A stretch of 63,286 bases of DNA, the filler included, from Folioceros fuciformis (lineage: Eukaryota): the NCBI GenBank assembly GCA_049999805.1. It is 13 parts of 13 records of this genome, joined end to end, with 100 filler letters (N's around TTAATTAATTAA, not from the genome) between each part and the next. Parts side by side here need not be neighbours in the genome. Positions count along the whole stretch, not along the records: positions 30,157 to 39,691 come from JBNGIO010003497.1; positions 39,792 to 48,353 come from JBNGIO010003498.1; positions 48,454 to 52,694 come from JBNGIO010003499.1; 10 more parts are not named here. The stretch is one strand, 5' to 3'. Below are positions 37,001-50,251 of the stretch, one piece after another; the first letter of the stretch is position 1, and each line of letters starts with the position of its first letter. The notes beneath the pieces are model-generated. The model saw only the letters and a program-made list of their open reading frames with translations. It was not told the DNA's origin and searched no databases. Both the position numbers and the translations under genes were made by a program.

Positions 37001-38596
37001 CCTGGAAATGGGTGTACAAGAAAAAATACCGAGTGAATGGTACTCTTGCTCGTTACAAGGCCCGGCTTGTGGCCCATGGTTTTACTCAACGTGAGGGTAT
37101 TGATTACTCTGATGAGGGTGTATTCAGCCCTATTGTCAAGCTTACCTCTTTGCGTGTGCTACTAGCTTTGGCAACAATCCATCGATTGCATGTCCATCAA
37201 ATGGATGTGCAGACTGCCTTTCTTAATGGAGTCCTTAAGGAAGAAGCCTTCATGTCTCAACCTCAAGGTTATATCACTCCTGAACAGGAAAAGAAGGTTT
37301 GTAAATTGCAATGCACCATCTATGGGCTGAAACAATTGCCTTGAGCGTGGTATGACCGTTTTGATCAGTACATGACTAAGGTCAGGTATCATAAGACTAC
37401 AACTGATACTAATGTCTATGTCAGACGCTTAGTTTTAAGTCTAGTGATCATAGTATTGTATGTCGATGATCTAGCCATCTTTTCTGACAGTCTTAAGGTT
37501 CTCAAGCATGCTAAGTCATAGCTGAGCCCATAATTCAAAATGACTGATAATGGCATTCTAGAGTATTGTCTTCGTGTGCAAGTTAAATATGATGCTGAAA
37601 ATCAGACCATCACCATCCATCAAGCAAAGTGCGTCGATGATGTTCTCACCAGGTTCCACATGAAGAATTGCCATCCAATTGATACTCCTTTACAAGCTAG
37701 TGTAAAGTTGACCAAGGCTATGTCACCTCAAGACGATGCTGCAAGGGTTGCAATGAAAGCTCAACCTTATTGTCAAGCAATAGGCTCTGTTTAGCACCTT
37801 GTGCAGAACTCTCACCCCGATATTGCTTTCTCGGCTTCTCACACGTGTCAGTTTATGTCTGACCCTGGTCCTACTCATTGGTCCTCTGTGAAAAGGATAT
37901 TAAGATATCTTCAAGCTACTTGAAGCCAAGGCATCTAATACCATGGAAAGCATTCAAATTCTAACCTTTGTGGCTAGACTAATGCAGATTGGGCCGGAGA
38001 TCCTGATTCTCGAAAATCGTATACGGGTTTTGTTTTTACATTGGCTGGCGGAGCTGTTAGTTGGCAGTCCAGGAAGCATACCATAGTTGCTCTGAGTTTG
38101 ATTGAATCTGAGTACATAGCTGCTGCTACCGCTGCCAAGGAAGCTATGTGGCTCTGTCGACTTCTTCGTGAGCTTGGTTTCCCTCATGATGGCCCCATTC
38201 GTTTGATGTGTGACAAATAGTCCAAAATTGCGCTTTCTCAAAACTCAAGGTTTCACAATCGATCGAAACACATTGAGATGTGTTTTTACTTCCTTCGTGA
38301 GAAGGTGGAGAGTGGTGAACTATCACTAGCTTACACTCCTACGAGCGATTAGTGGGCTGATGTTCTACTATAGCCTTGCTGAACCCCAAGCACAAAATCT
38401 GCTGTAGTGGATTTGGGATGACATTAGCTGATGGCTCATAGCTCATCTCTAGTCTAGCTTAAGGGGGCGTGTTAGGAATAACATAAGCTAGCCTAAACTC
38501 AATTGTCAACCGAACCATCACGACGTTTCACGAACCGCTCTCATAAGCCTGAGCCACTTGTACACTGATTACAATCAATATCTTCCTTTCCTTTCA
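34070..38596 (+). mobile_element. Full-length decayed Ty1/Copia element: LTRs 34070-34196 and 38470-38596 (127 bp), PBS-Met at 34197, PPT ~38461-38469, TSD TAAAT
   Basis: TG...CA LTRs with 6 mismatches in 127 bp. PBS TGGTATCAGAG. TAAAT at 34065-34069 and 38597-38601. Motifs WLMDSSATKHM, LRTDGGG, YKARLVAHGF, QMDVQTAFLNG, LYVDD, ADWAGDPDSRKS. Confidence 0.97.
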
Positions 38597-40484
38597 TAAA
38601 TAAGTAAAGTGGGATTGACTACTCTTGCAATTTTGCCAAAAATTTTCAAATACAAACTTCTGAGCCAAACTTTGGTACCTCATTGCATGTGATATAAGCA
38701 TTGTCTAGACAAGATGAAACACCATCTTGTAAAGATTAACAAATTCTGGAGCGTATTGCAAAATAGTTGGTATAAAGTTGCATAAAATGAGACTAAATGG
38801 CCTTGCAAGTTTGCTAACAGTTTCCAAATTTAAATTTATGACCCAAACTTTAGCGTTTCATGTTATTTGATGCACAAGATTTTTAGCAAAGGCAAAAGCA
38901 CCATAATGTCTAGCTTGAAGGGTTCTTCATGATGATACAAAAAACTAACCATAATTATGAGTGACATAGGATAGAGTGCTTTTGCAAGTTTACAAGGATT
39001 ATCTAAGGAAGATAAAACTACCATCTTGTAGAGCTTGATGATCTTTACAAGATGATTGAATAATATTTTTAATGATGCACAAAAAGAGACCAAATGCTTA
39101 TACAAGTTTGCCAACAATTTTCAAAATCAGACTTTTGATCAAGCTTTGGAGTTTCATTGCAAGCGATACAAGCACTATTTAGAAAAGATGAAAACAATAT
39201 CTTATAGAGGTTGAAAGCTCTAAAGGAGTCAATGAAAGAATGGCTATAATGATAAACAAAGGTGGACTAAATAGTCATCTGGGAAAACAAACCCCAAATC
39301 TAGATGTACTCATCTTCATGGCTAGATCTCTTCTTGACTTCTAGATCTTCCCGGAGCTATCCCAGTCAGAATATCGCAGTACAAGCTAAATTGAAAGCAT
39401 CCTATGAAGGTGAAGGAGCAGCTGGAACTCTACCTACGAGCCGATATCATCTACCCCATTGTTGCTAATATATGCGGAAGCGTGCTCACAAAAAGAAAGA
39501 GAGCTATTAATTAGTTAAGGACCGTGTGTCCTTCAATACAAAAATGTTTGAGTGTCTTTTGAGTTAACTCCTTAACTGTAGTATAAGTCATGTTACGGTT
39601 TCCATCCCTAACACTCCCACTAAACCTAAATGGCTTATACGACCATAGGTTTAAAAAGGGATGCCATTATCCAACGATGCTTCTAACAGCTNNNNNNNNN
39701 NNNNNNNNNNNNNNNNNNNNNNNNNNNNNNNNNNNTTAATTAATTAANNNNNNNNNNNNNNNNNNNNNNNNNNNNNNNNNNNNNNNNNNNNGGAGGGAAA
39801 AGCAGAGCGCGGCGAACAACGGCCTTACTAAGGAAGGAAGCAAGGCTAGGGTAGTGGTGACGGGACCCGGTCGGCGCGCGACGGGAACCTGTCACCGCGG
39901 GACCGTCCACGGGAGACGACGGGCGCCCGTCACAGCGGTTAGCTTTATCCGGCGGGATATGTTCTCCCGCTCTCGCACCAGGCTAACCGCCGGGACAGAA
40001 AGGCAGGGCAGGCGGCGGGAGACGGGGCACAAATTTTTTCTCACCCGCCTGCCTACCTGCCTGCTTGCCTTCCTTCCTTTTCAAAATTGGGGACACGAAA
40101 GGCGTGGTACGGCTGGCGGGCTCGTGCTCGCTAATTAAGCTTCATGAATCGGACTAAAAAAAGGCCTCACCAGCTGTGTCCCCAGGTGGCCTTGCCGGAC
40201 ATGACGGCGGGTCAACAGTGACGGGCCTGCCACTCCCTGACCTGACGCCCTGTCGCCTTTTCGCCGTTTCTCAGATATTTTTTTAACCGCACACAAACAC
40301 CACGTCTGCGGCGATTGTAGCTATGTATGTAGGATGATCCACCCACACGCTGCCCCTCCTCTCCCTGTCTATATATATTCTGAATCTCCACTCACGATAT
40401 AGACAAGGAAGAGGAGAGGGGAAGTTAATTACGGTGCTCTTAAATGCCCATTGTGAGGTTTAAGAGAAGTGGTTGATGAGGAAT

Positions 40485-40955
40485 CAACTACATGCAGAAT
40501 CAAGCCTTTGAGAACTCAACTATGGCCACAAACAAGACCATGCAGAATCATATCTTTGATGAATGAACGGTGGCCACAAATGGGATCATGCATATTCAAA
40601 CCTTTGAGGAATCCACTATGGCTAGATTTGTGGGATCATGTAGAATCAAACCTTTGAGGAATCCACTATGGCTAGAGACTGGACCATGCAGCCTTGAGCA
40701 TCAAGGCATGAAGTTTGTGGAATTCTTTGAGCAACAACTTGCCTCTTTGAGATGAATGAATGATATCTCCTACTGAATGAAATCTCTCTACCATGTTGTG
40801 GAAAGCATTTCTATCCACAGCCTTGCACCTTTCATTAGCACATTCCAAGCTTGAATGTCATTGTCCTTGCCTTTCGCGCACAATAGTTTGGCACCTTTCA
40901 TTGGCACATTCCAAGCTTGAATGTCAAGGTCTTTGCCTTTTGCCCACAATAGTTT
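40485..40955 (+). repeat. Degenerate ~49-bp tandem array (40485-40760) plus a 68-bp duplication (~40825-40955)
   Basis: CATGCAGAATCAAACCTTTGAGGAATCCACTATGGC-like units; GCACCTTTCATT.GCACATTCCAAGCTTGAATGTCA occurs twice. Confidence 0.8.
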
Positions 40956-42199
40956 CTCAATGGGTGTTTCCGCTACACGTGTATGTGGTACAAAGTGTTG
41001 CACTATCTAGCTCATATGTATGACATGCATGCTAGAAGAATGCAACAACCTACTCTTGCATTCTAGTTGAAATCTATTCCTCCAAAGTTGATTGGCCTCT
41101 CATTATGGTTTTTCTTCCTCTTTGCCTTTCTTTTTTTGTGCTTGTTGGTTGCTAGGGAATGGTGCTAGACTTAATTCGTGACATTCTCATGCACCTGCGC
41201 AGTGTAATACCAACTATAGTCTACCTATATGATTTAAAGTAGATGAAGCGTCTCACTCTATCTTAGGCCCCATCTCCTAGCAAAGAAAAATGTTGAAACA
41301 TTTTGTACCTTCTCCATGGGCCCAAAGTGGTTTCACAACACCCCAAGAGTCTCTCCCTCAAACAAAGAGACCAACTAACCTCCAATCTTTTCTCTTGAAC
41401 TTGTGCGGAGGGTGACCACCCTTGCTCTTTTTGCAACAATTAGAAGGTGATTGTTCCCAAATACCCCACGGCAAAGTCTTAGTAAGTTGCCTAGTCCTCA
41501 CCTCATTCACTTTTGCTGACTCGTTCAGTCATAGACCGAAGAGACAAGAGCTCCACAACAAGCTCGACCACTGCTATTGAATTAGCGGTTTATCTAAAAG
41601 CTTCATCTAAGCCAAAGAGTGTCTTTTGTTCTGTAATCACAACATTACTTGCTGGGAAGAGGTGTTGTAGCTACTTGCCAATCTCCCTCCATACCACTTA
41701 AGCATAATCACATCGAAAGAATAAATGCTGACTTTTGTTGGGTTGCTAGATTAGCTTATTTTGCAATGTTAGCATCAACAGTCCAACTTATTTTGCAATG
41801 TTAGGATCAATATATGGTTTGGCGGATTTTGCAACATTAGACCCAATGGTCTAATAGCTAGTAACTTAAATTTTTTGGGACACTTGATTTTAAGAGAATG
41901 GACTATAATAGTGCTTACTTCAGCCACGAGGCCCTCCACAATACAAGAACTATGTCAACTGATGCTGCAACCCAAAACATTGTAGAAAGAAATCTTAGAA
42001 CTCATCCCCCCTATTCAAGCTTCTACAAAAAGGTGTTACAACTAAAAGAAAGCTAGCAAGATGTTAGCAAGCAAGATCAAGCCACTAAACCCTAAACCCA
42101 AACGTACATAGAGATAGAACGATATACCAAACATTTCTTAATGATGCATGGCCATATAGCAGAGTCATAATGGGATGAATGGAAGAAGCTACAATTAGT

Positions 42200-43400
42200 A
42201 CCTTGCATATCCTAGATGGTTATTGAAACAACTTTTTAAGACTATGGAGTTATCTCATATATGGTATTGGGATAGTCATTGAAAGGGTTCTAGATGATGA
42301 TGAAGATACGGTATCCACAAGGATGCTACAATTAATACCTTGCATGGGATGGTCATTGAAAGAGCCTTGTAGGACTACAAAGATACATTATATATGATAT
42401 TGGGACCTCATTGAAAGGGTCCTAAAGGATGATGGACATATGGTATCAAGTCACCTCATTGAAAGGGTCCTAAAGGATGATGGACATATAGTATCAAGTC
42501 AGGATTGCTGATGAAAGGCCCCTCGAGGACGATGAAGATCCAGTATAGGACCCCTAATAAAAGTGCCCTAGAGACAATGAAGATATGGTTAGGGCAATGG
42601 TTGTTAAAAGAGCGGACTCTCAAGGACAATGGAGATACAGTAAGGACAATGGTTGTTGAAAGGGCCTTGGAACACGATGGAGATGTGCTAACAAGACTTT
42701 GGCCGAAAGGGCCTAGGGAACAATGAAGACATGGAGTTAGAGCCATAGAGGATGATGGAGACATATGGTGTCGGAGCCCTAGAGAGCACCTAGAGAACAA
42801 TGGAGACTAGTGAACAATGGAAACATGGTGTCAAAGCCCTAGGGATCGATGAAGACATATAGTGTTGGAGCCCTAGAGGACGATGGAGGCATATGGTGTC
42901 AGAGCCCTAGAGGATCGTGGAGACATAAGGTGTCAGAGCTCTAAAAGCGGATCGAGACATAAGGTGTCAGAGGTGTNNNNNNNNNNNNNNNNNNNNNNNN
43001 NNNNNNNNNNNNNNNNNNNNNNNNNNNNNNNNNNNNNNNNNNNNNNNNNNNNNNNNNNNNNNNNNNNNNNNNNNNNAGCTCTAAAAGCGGATCGAGACAT
43101 AAGGTGTCAGAGGTGTCAGAGCTCTAAAAGCGGATCGAGACATATGGTGTAAGAGCTTTAGAGAACGATGGAGAGCTATGGAGGAGGTGTTAGAGCTCTA
43201 GAGAACGATAGAGTCATATCTAGAGAACGATAGAGTCATATCTAGAGAACGATAGAGTCATATAGTGTCAGAAACAAGCTATGAAATAAGAAAATAAATA
43301 AATAACCATGAAATAAGAAAAGGACTAGTCATATCTAGAGAACGATAGAGTCATACAGTGTCAGAAACAAGCTATGAAATAAGAAAATAAATAAATAACC
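42200..43400 (+). repeat. Minisatellite array (34-bp core GAGCCCTAGAGGACGATGGAGACATATGGTGTCA) with higher-order duplications
   Basis: Units at 42868 and 42902 are 34 bp apart. Older, degenerate units lie to the left. Exact 21-bp and ~90-bp duplications occur at 43200-43400. Confidence 0.85.
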
Positions 43401-44125
43401 ATGAAATAAGAAAAGGACTGCTCTGCACCGCAGTATAGGATTCTGTCCTCAGCAAGTTGAACTTTGCTATGGAGCTTCCTGTCCTGAACACTAGTAAGAC
43501 ATACATTTCCACACCGAGGTGAAAAGATGAGGAATATTTCACACGTAGGTGAAACGATTGGGAAATATGACGGGAGGCGGATGCACCAGCGGCATCGATG
43601 TGACTGTCCTTTCGAGGTATGTGGACGCAGCACCGACCGACGTAGACCCCTCGAATGGGATCCTTTTGGAAAGGTGACTCAGAGGGTGGAAGAAATCGGT
43701 TCGGGACTGCGAGGAGACGTGAAAACCATGCGAGTCCGCTTCTCTTACAAGATACCCAAAAACTGGTGGAACATTTTTTTTGACCGGAGATGACAAAAAT
43801 ATTTTCACACCTGACGCAAATTAATCCTGATCTAGTTTAGGATCAGACTCACACCGAGGCTCTGTGAAGAAAGCTAGCAAGATGTCGATTTGGCCTGGCA
43901 CCCAAACCATCGTCTCACGGAGCTTTGGGCCCAACAACATTGTTTAGCAGAATTATACAAAATCAGATGGTTAGGCGGCAGGAGGACCTTCCACTGCGTG
44001 ATGGGCTTTGGGGAGCACAGTGCACAGTCTCCGAGTTATCTGGTGAGACCTGTACAGGACAACCGACAGAACTTCGCACAAAGCCAGCAAATGAACTAGT
44101 AGACCGCCCCAAAAAATGTGGTTAG

Positions 44126-46657
44126 TTATTTCCACAGCTTCACACATTTGTCATGGCTGGCAGAAGCAACCATGCCAGTTGCCTGAGACTGCGCAAGAGC
44201 TGCGATGAGACCTTCGTGTGCTGCCACAGTCATACTCTTGTTCTCTAGCATATTCCACAACTCCAAAGACTGCACACAGACACCACCGTTAGAAGAGACG
44301 GGTGTTGCACATCTGACTGTGTAGATTGGAGCACGAGTGCGTCACCAGATGCGTGCGTACCTGATAACATCCGATGACGAGAAGCGAAGGGTAGTTTGGA
44401 TGGAAGACGCAAGAGTGGAACTTGTTCCCGTTGCTGCACAGCTCATGGATGCAGTCTCCATCGCTGCCATTTATAGACCAGACTCGAACGGAGTCTTCAC
44501 TGACAGAGGCCACGTAGTCGCCCGTGGCGTCCCAACACACGGAGTGCACAGGCTTGGTATGTCTCTGCATTGCAATGAAAATATCAGCGTCACTGCATAT
44601 GGCTACTCCGAGCATGGTTGTATAAGGCACTGTGAACAAAAAGCGGCCGGCACCTGGAGGCTGTGCACCACGGTTTCTGATTCCACGTCGAAGATCGAGA
44701 CCTTGTTTTCAGCTGCTGCTGCCAAATACCTACCCACCCGGGGCTGGAACCTCATCTGCGACATCCCGCCCTGCAGTGCGAAAAATGTTAGGGACAGACG
44801 TCTGATAAGGTCCAGGTTACGAGGCTGCCAGTCTGACAACCGACCGACCACAACCGAGCTAACATAAACCTTCGCCATTGATTTGAGAAGCGGATGCAAC
44901 CAAGGTGAAATTGACGTGAACAAACCGTGCGATGTAAGGTCACCTTGAAAACTCTACTGCACACACCCTGGCTCACACTCCAGTAGCGGATCTCACTGTC
45001 ACCATCACAGGAGCATAGGAGATCATCGTTCTTAGGATGGAAATCGAGTGATGTAACCGATGTTTGATGACCCGAGAAAGTTCGCAATGAGAATGTTGGC
45101 TGCAAGGTGTTCCACGAGTCAGTCATAGTTGTTGAGGAAGGAAAAAATAAGGACATCGACTAACGTTCAGACCAGCGAAATTCAAACATTCCAATCTACA
45201 GCTTTCCGGCACACATGCAGTGACACCAATCTCAACATGGGTGGGAGGCATCAGCCTCAGGGGACCAGGTCACTAACATTGTCTGCATCCCAGACCCTCA
45301 CGGTCTTGTCGAAGGATGAAGTTGCCAGACGTGTAGAACCAGGACTAAACCTCACATCTGTGATCAAGGAAGAGTGCTCCACCAGGGTACTCTTGAGGCT
45401 TAACGTATCCATGTTCCACAACACAGCCTGCAGCCAGAAACAAAGGTGTACAACTGATGTTCAGTGCGGGCACCCAGCATATAAGCCAAAGCAAGAAGGA
45501 AGCGATTAAAAATAAATTGAGGTTAGGTCCACCAACTTCAAGCAATTAGACTATAAAACATGCCAGCATAAAAGCAGCACAACCTTCTTGTCATGTCCAG
45601 CACTGGCCAGCAACTTTCCGTCCGCAGAGAAATGACAACAAACAACCTTGCTGTTACTAGCCCGAAGGCAGCCAACTTCATTGAAAGAAAAGCCTGGTGA
45701 TCATAACAAAAACACTTTCAAGACATCCTCCATAGACCAAGAGCGTATGCAATATGACATGTAATGAGAGTCATAATTTCACAGCACCAAACCTGGCTTC
45801 TTGCAGACAACAAGGAAGAAGCAGGCTGAGAAAAATTAAAGTACATCACCTAATTCCATCCAAGAGATTAACCCAGCAATATTAGACTACAGAAGGTCTG
45901 GACCATTATCATGACCTTTCGTAACATCTACACTGTGACCGGCCGGACTCCGCTTGCTGCTACCAAAGAGTGACTCCCGAGCATCTGTCTCTTCATGGGA
46001 GAGGAATGACTCCACATTATCATCTAACGATCCATCCTCAAAACGGTCCATGTCCACCTGAGATTCAAAACGGTTGTGTCGATTAGAGAGTGCAGTGCAG
46101 CCGGGAAAGGAGAAGGGATCTGCAACAGTTCCACATGACGGCAAGGCCTTACCAGCTGATTTGGTGAAGCCAGAGTGCCTGTTCCATCAGAACCATACAT
46201 GATCAAAGGCTTGGATATGCTACCACTATGTTGCAAACCAGCCATTGACATCACATCCCCAGGTGTATGAGTAGAGGGTGTTGAAGGGGCAGAATTAGGA
46301 GAAGGACCAGCTGTGTTCGCAGTTCCGGTGCTGTTTGCCGGTCCAGAGGATGATGCAGGCTGCTTTCTTTTCCTTCCTCCTGGTTGGTTTTTACTGGCAG
46401 CCTACAACACATAATACAACAGGCCCATATCAGGTGACCGGCGCTTCCAACTATTCTGCCCTACACCAGACCTGTCTCAGGGTTTACCTTTCCAGTGCCA
46501 GTACTGTTAGTGCTGGGACTTGGCTCCAGTGAGGCATAAAGCTGATCATTCGGCCGGAATGAGTTTGACATATTACCATCAACAGTCACTCCACCAACTG
46601 CTCCAAGCCTATCCTGCTGCTGCTGCTGAGGGGTGACAGGCTGTTGCTGCTGTTGAG

Positions 46658-46689
<32 letters not shown>

Positions 46690-48353
46690 CTCCCAGGTTG
46701 GTGCTGTTGTGCCTGCTGCTGCTGTTGTTGCATTTGAAGTTTCATCTGTCATCAAACACAGGGCAGGCCACAGGGTGAAGTGCATGCTAAACGCATTTCC
46801 ACCAATGCTCCTCATCGCTCATGACTTGGATTAACTCATCAGCAATAAATTCATCCAAGTGAAGGATGGGCGGATGAAAGTTGACTCAGCTGTCTCAGTG
46901 AGCTGTTCTTGGAAGTTCACCTTCATGAGGAGCTCAGTATCTTGTGAACTCCCACGTGCTAGAGGAGAATTAGCTTGTAAAGGAGAGCCAACACCTTGAG
47001 ACAAGTCACTGCCAGTTGACTGAACATCTCTGCCAAGATTTCGGCCTAGAGTTACTCTGCATCTTCGAGGATCCATCGCATCAACGGCAGAGCCAGACAA
47101 TGCGATGTTCCCAGCTTGAGCCTGTTGTAGAACTATTTGCTGCTGCAGAGGCGACATGTTCTGAAACTGCTGGTAAGACTGCATGTTGTGGGATTTCTGT
47201 TGAACCAAACCTGATCCCAAACTTGGCCTAAATTGATCAAGGGCCTACAATCCATCCCATCCCATCCCAAATAGCATCAAAACTCTACAATCCTCAATTA
47301 TGCTCAATCCAAAGATGCCAGGGTCAACAGGATAGAAAGAACAGACAAAGCACACACGACTGAGGACCTTAAACCAAGCACATATCCTGCCAACATGACA
47401 ATCCGGGAATGACGTTCCTCCACATGAAAACTAAATTGAGAAAAGATGACTCCAACAAAGTTCTCTGTGTTTTTGCTTCCAGGTCAAGGAGACATACATT
47501 GAGTGGCCATCCTTTCAAAGGTGCATTCACGCCTGTTGAAACAGAAATGGTACGAGGGTCATACTTCACGGCAACCTTAACCTAAAGAAGGAAAACTGGG
47601 AACTAACCAAGGAGCTAGTAAACACCTGGGCTCAATAGGCTAGCTTTAGTATGCCCAACTCCACCCACAGCAAACAGGGTTGGATCAGGAGCCGGAGACC
47701 TTTGGTTCAACAGATTCACATCACCCTTTGAGTCCTGTCCACACAGAAACAATCCAGCTCAGCCACAGACCAGGAGGTTTGACTCTGAGGAAGCACAAGA
47801 GCACTACGGTAAATCACCTGAGACGCTCCAGATAGCTGATGTGAACGGGCTTGGACCTGCTGTAGCGCTGCTGTGGCATTGCCAGCACCTCCTGGTAGGG
47901 GCCTGAAAATTCAAAGTCCAAGATCAAGAGGGCACCAGCATCCAGACGATGACAGCACACATGCAGATGGTCGATATTACACATGACACTTAGGCACTCT
48001 GTCCAGTTGTACGTAAGGAACAACTGAAGCACTCCTCTTACAGATACTGGGCCACAAGGGCGGGTGATATGATGCGATCATACCTCTGCATTGAACAGTA
48101 ACAACAACACAGTCATCAATCAAAACTTCAAGGCACGGGCAGCTGAAACCAGCACCACATAAAGCCTAGTGCTACCAAGTGCCGAACTACAAGATTTTGT
48201 CATTCACCTTCATGGCTGGATCATCAAGAGAGTCCCTTGGATGCTTCAGACGCTCTTCATAAATCTTGGTAGCCAGGGCATTCGCCGTGGGTTGCGGGAG
48301 TCGCATGGCGTCAGCATTCAGGCCGTTTGCAGAGCCATTGAGGCCAAGGTGAG
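44126..48353 (-). CDS. LUG: LEUNIG-family (Groucho/Tup1-like) corepressor with a Q-rich region and C-terminal WD40 repeats, 5' truncated; 3' exons 47244-46921, 46745-46488, 46401-46153, 46057-45916, 45693-45584, 45427-45278, 45099-44944, 44770-44654, 44564-44361, 44269-44126
   Basis: Motifs [100 protein letters not shown]. The listed GT-AG junctions are in frame. Confidence 0.95.
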
Positions 48354-48453
48354 NNNNNNNNNNNNNNNNNNNNNNNNNNNNNNNNNNNNNNNNNNNNTTA
48401 ATTAATTAANNNNNNNNNNNNNNNNNNNNNNNNNNNNNNNNNNNNNNNNNNNN

Positions 48454-48717
48454 TAATATTAAACTAATCACCCAACCCTATGGCCCGGTACCGAACCTAA
48501 ACCTTCCCAGGTCTGGGACCAAACCTATACCCGCTCTTATAACCAAACCAACTATTTTCTGGTCAATTAACTTAATTAGCACAAAGAAAAATAGGAAAAA
48601 TGACCAGAAAATCAAGGAAAATTAGGGAAAATAAGTTGAAAAAGAAAACCAAACCATACCACTATTAACCCTTTTTCAACCAAAACAAACTACTACCCCA
48701 AACTTTGGAGGTTCACA
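48454..48717 (-). mobile_element. LTR family 1, 5' end, abutting a family 2 element
   Basis: Reverse complement of TGTGAACCTCCAAAGTTTGGGG... seen at 54249, 60080 and 61288. Confidence 0.9.
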
Positions 48718-50251
48718 TTCCACGATCCTTAGCCATCACCACTCTTCAGGTAGTTTCTCACAGCCTTTCTTCCAATAGACCCAACAACATTCACCAATAC
48801 GTATATTCTCCAACACCTCTCTACAACTCCGACGTCATCCCTCGACTCTGCTACACACTCAAAGTATCCTCACTCATAGTCAACAGGTCAGGAGGTAAGG
48901 GAGGGAGGGTCACTTCCTCCACTCCGCGGTCGGCAAATTCGCCTTCCTCCCCGCAGACACCGCGTCCTTGTTTCTTCACATTCGTCCTCCGCTTGCACTT
49001 GTTCTCTCAACTTCGTTACTCACTCATCTCCCGCTCTCTGCGCTCCTCTTCCCTCAACACTATTCTCCTCTCGGCACCCTCCTCCACTCATCGTCCTCCT
49101 CTCCTTCTCATCACACTTCTCCTCTCAGTAGTTAAAAAGGCAGTTGGAACGCTAGGGAATAAGGGAAGCAGATGACCACTTCCACTCCGCAGTCGGCGGA
49201 TTCATCCCCTCTTGCCTCTGCCACACACAACGGAAAATAATAGAGGTAGTAGGGAAGTTGCCTTCCACTCAGTGAGGTTTCTCCTCTCGATTCGTCCCTG
49301 GAACCTCTGTCGCGGAGCAACGTNNNNNNNNNNNNNNNNNNNNNNNNNNNNNNNNNNNNNNNNNNNNNNNNNNNNNNNNNNNNNNNNNNNNNNNNNNNNN
49401 NNNNNNNNNNNNNNNNNNNNNNNAAACACTGCACGCGCTCGCCTGCCTGGATCTCCCTATCCAGCAGCGGCCATCACCAAGCTTCCTCAAGTTCGGAATG
49501 TCGGTTTTTGCTATGTTGTGAGGCGCCAACATGCCTCTTGTACATGTTGGTGGCAGGTTCGCTTCCGCCATTAAGTCTGGTCCGCGGACAGGAGGCGCCC
49601 TTAATTATGAGTGGCACTTGGTCCAAGAAAAAGCATCGCCTAAGATCCTACATGATTCTATCCTAGGATGCATTACTCTTGTCTATTTTTATCGCCGCGC
49701 TTGCCTCCTATCTGGCCGTCGCGCTCTCCTCTCGCTCTCCCGCCTCTGGCTCTTCTCCCTTGCCGTTGGTTGGGCAAATCCTCCCAGAGGATTTCTACCT
49801 CACTACTGCTGCTACTGGACGCTTTCGGCGGCGGCGCAGGTGGGTCCCGTCGCGGAGGACTCCTTCTCTCCTCCCGTCCCCTATTGCTAGGGACGAGCAC
49901 CGGCTCCCATTGGACCCACACCTACGCCTCCTCCTTCGTCATCTCCTCCATGATTGCCTCTGAGTAGAAATGAGGCAATCCCCACACTTGGCAGCAGTAG
50001 TATAAGGACCCCTTGCGGGTCCTTAGTTGCAAGCCGTAGCCCCTCGTCCCTCCTAAGCCCACACTCACATATACAATCAACTTCAGCACACGGGCTCCTT
50101 CCACATAGAGCCTAGGCACATAAGTGGCCTCCTCCTCATAGTGCAACACAATCCGACCCTCTGTTGCAAAGGAAGCGCTTACCCACTCCTCCCGTGGGCT
50201 ACTTCGGACTGTCTGCCCTCTGCTCTCCAATGGCACTGGAGGATCTTCCAT
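48718..50251 (-). mobile_element. Family 2 retroelement segment
   Basis: Matches 9018-10465 (same strand) and 17121-17400 (opposite strand). Confidence 0.8.

Noticed and set aside
42508-42540. CTGATGA, a possible hammerhead (retrozyme) core
   Set aside because: No paired stems or downstream GAAA core. The other CTGATGA hits I checked lie in coding or intron sequence.
17613-48353. Functional cluster of lyase, RING, RSH and LUG
   Set aside because: The genes lie on different scaffolds separated by linkers. Only RING and RSH share a segment.
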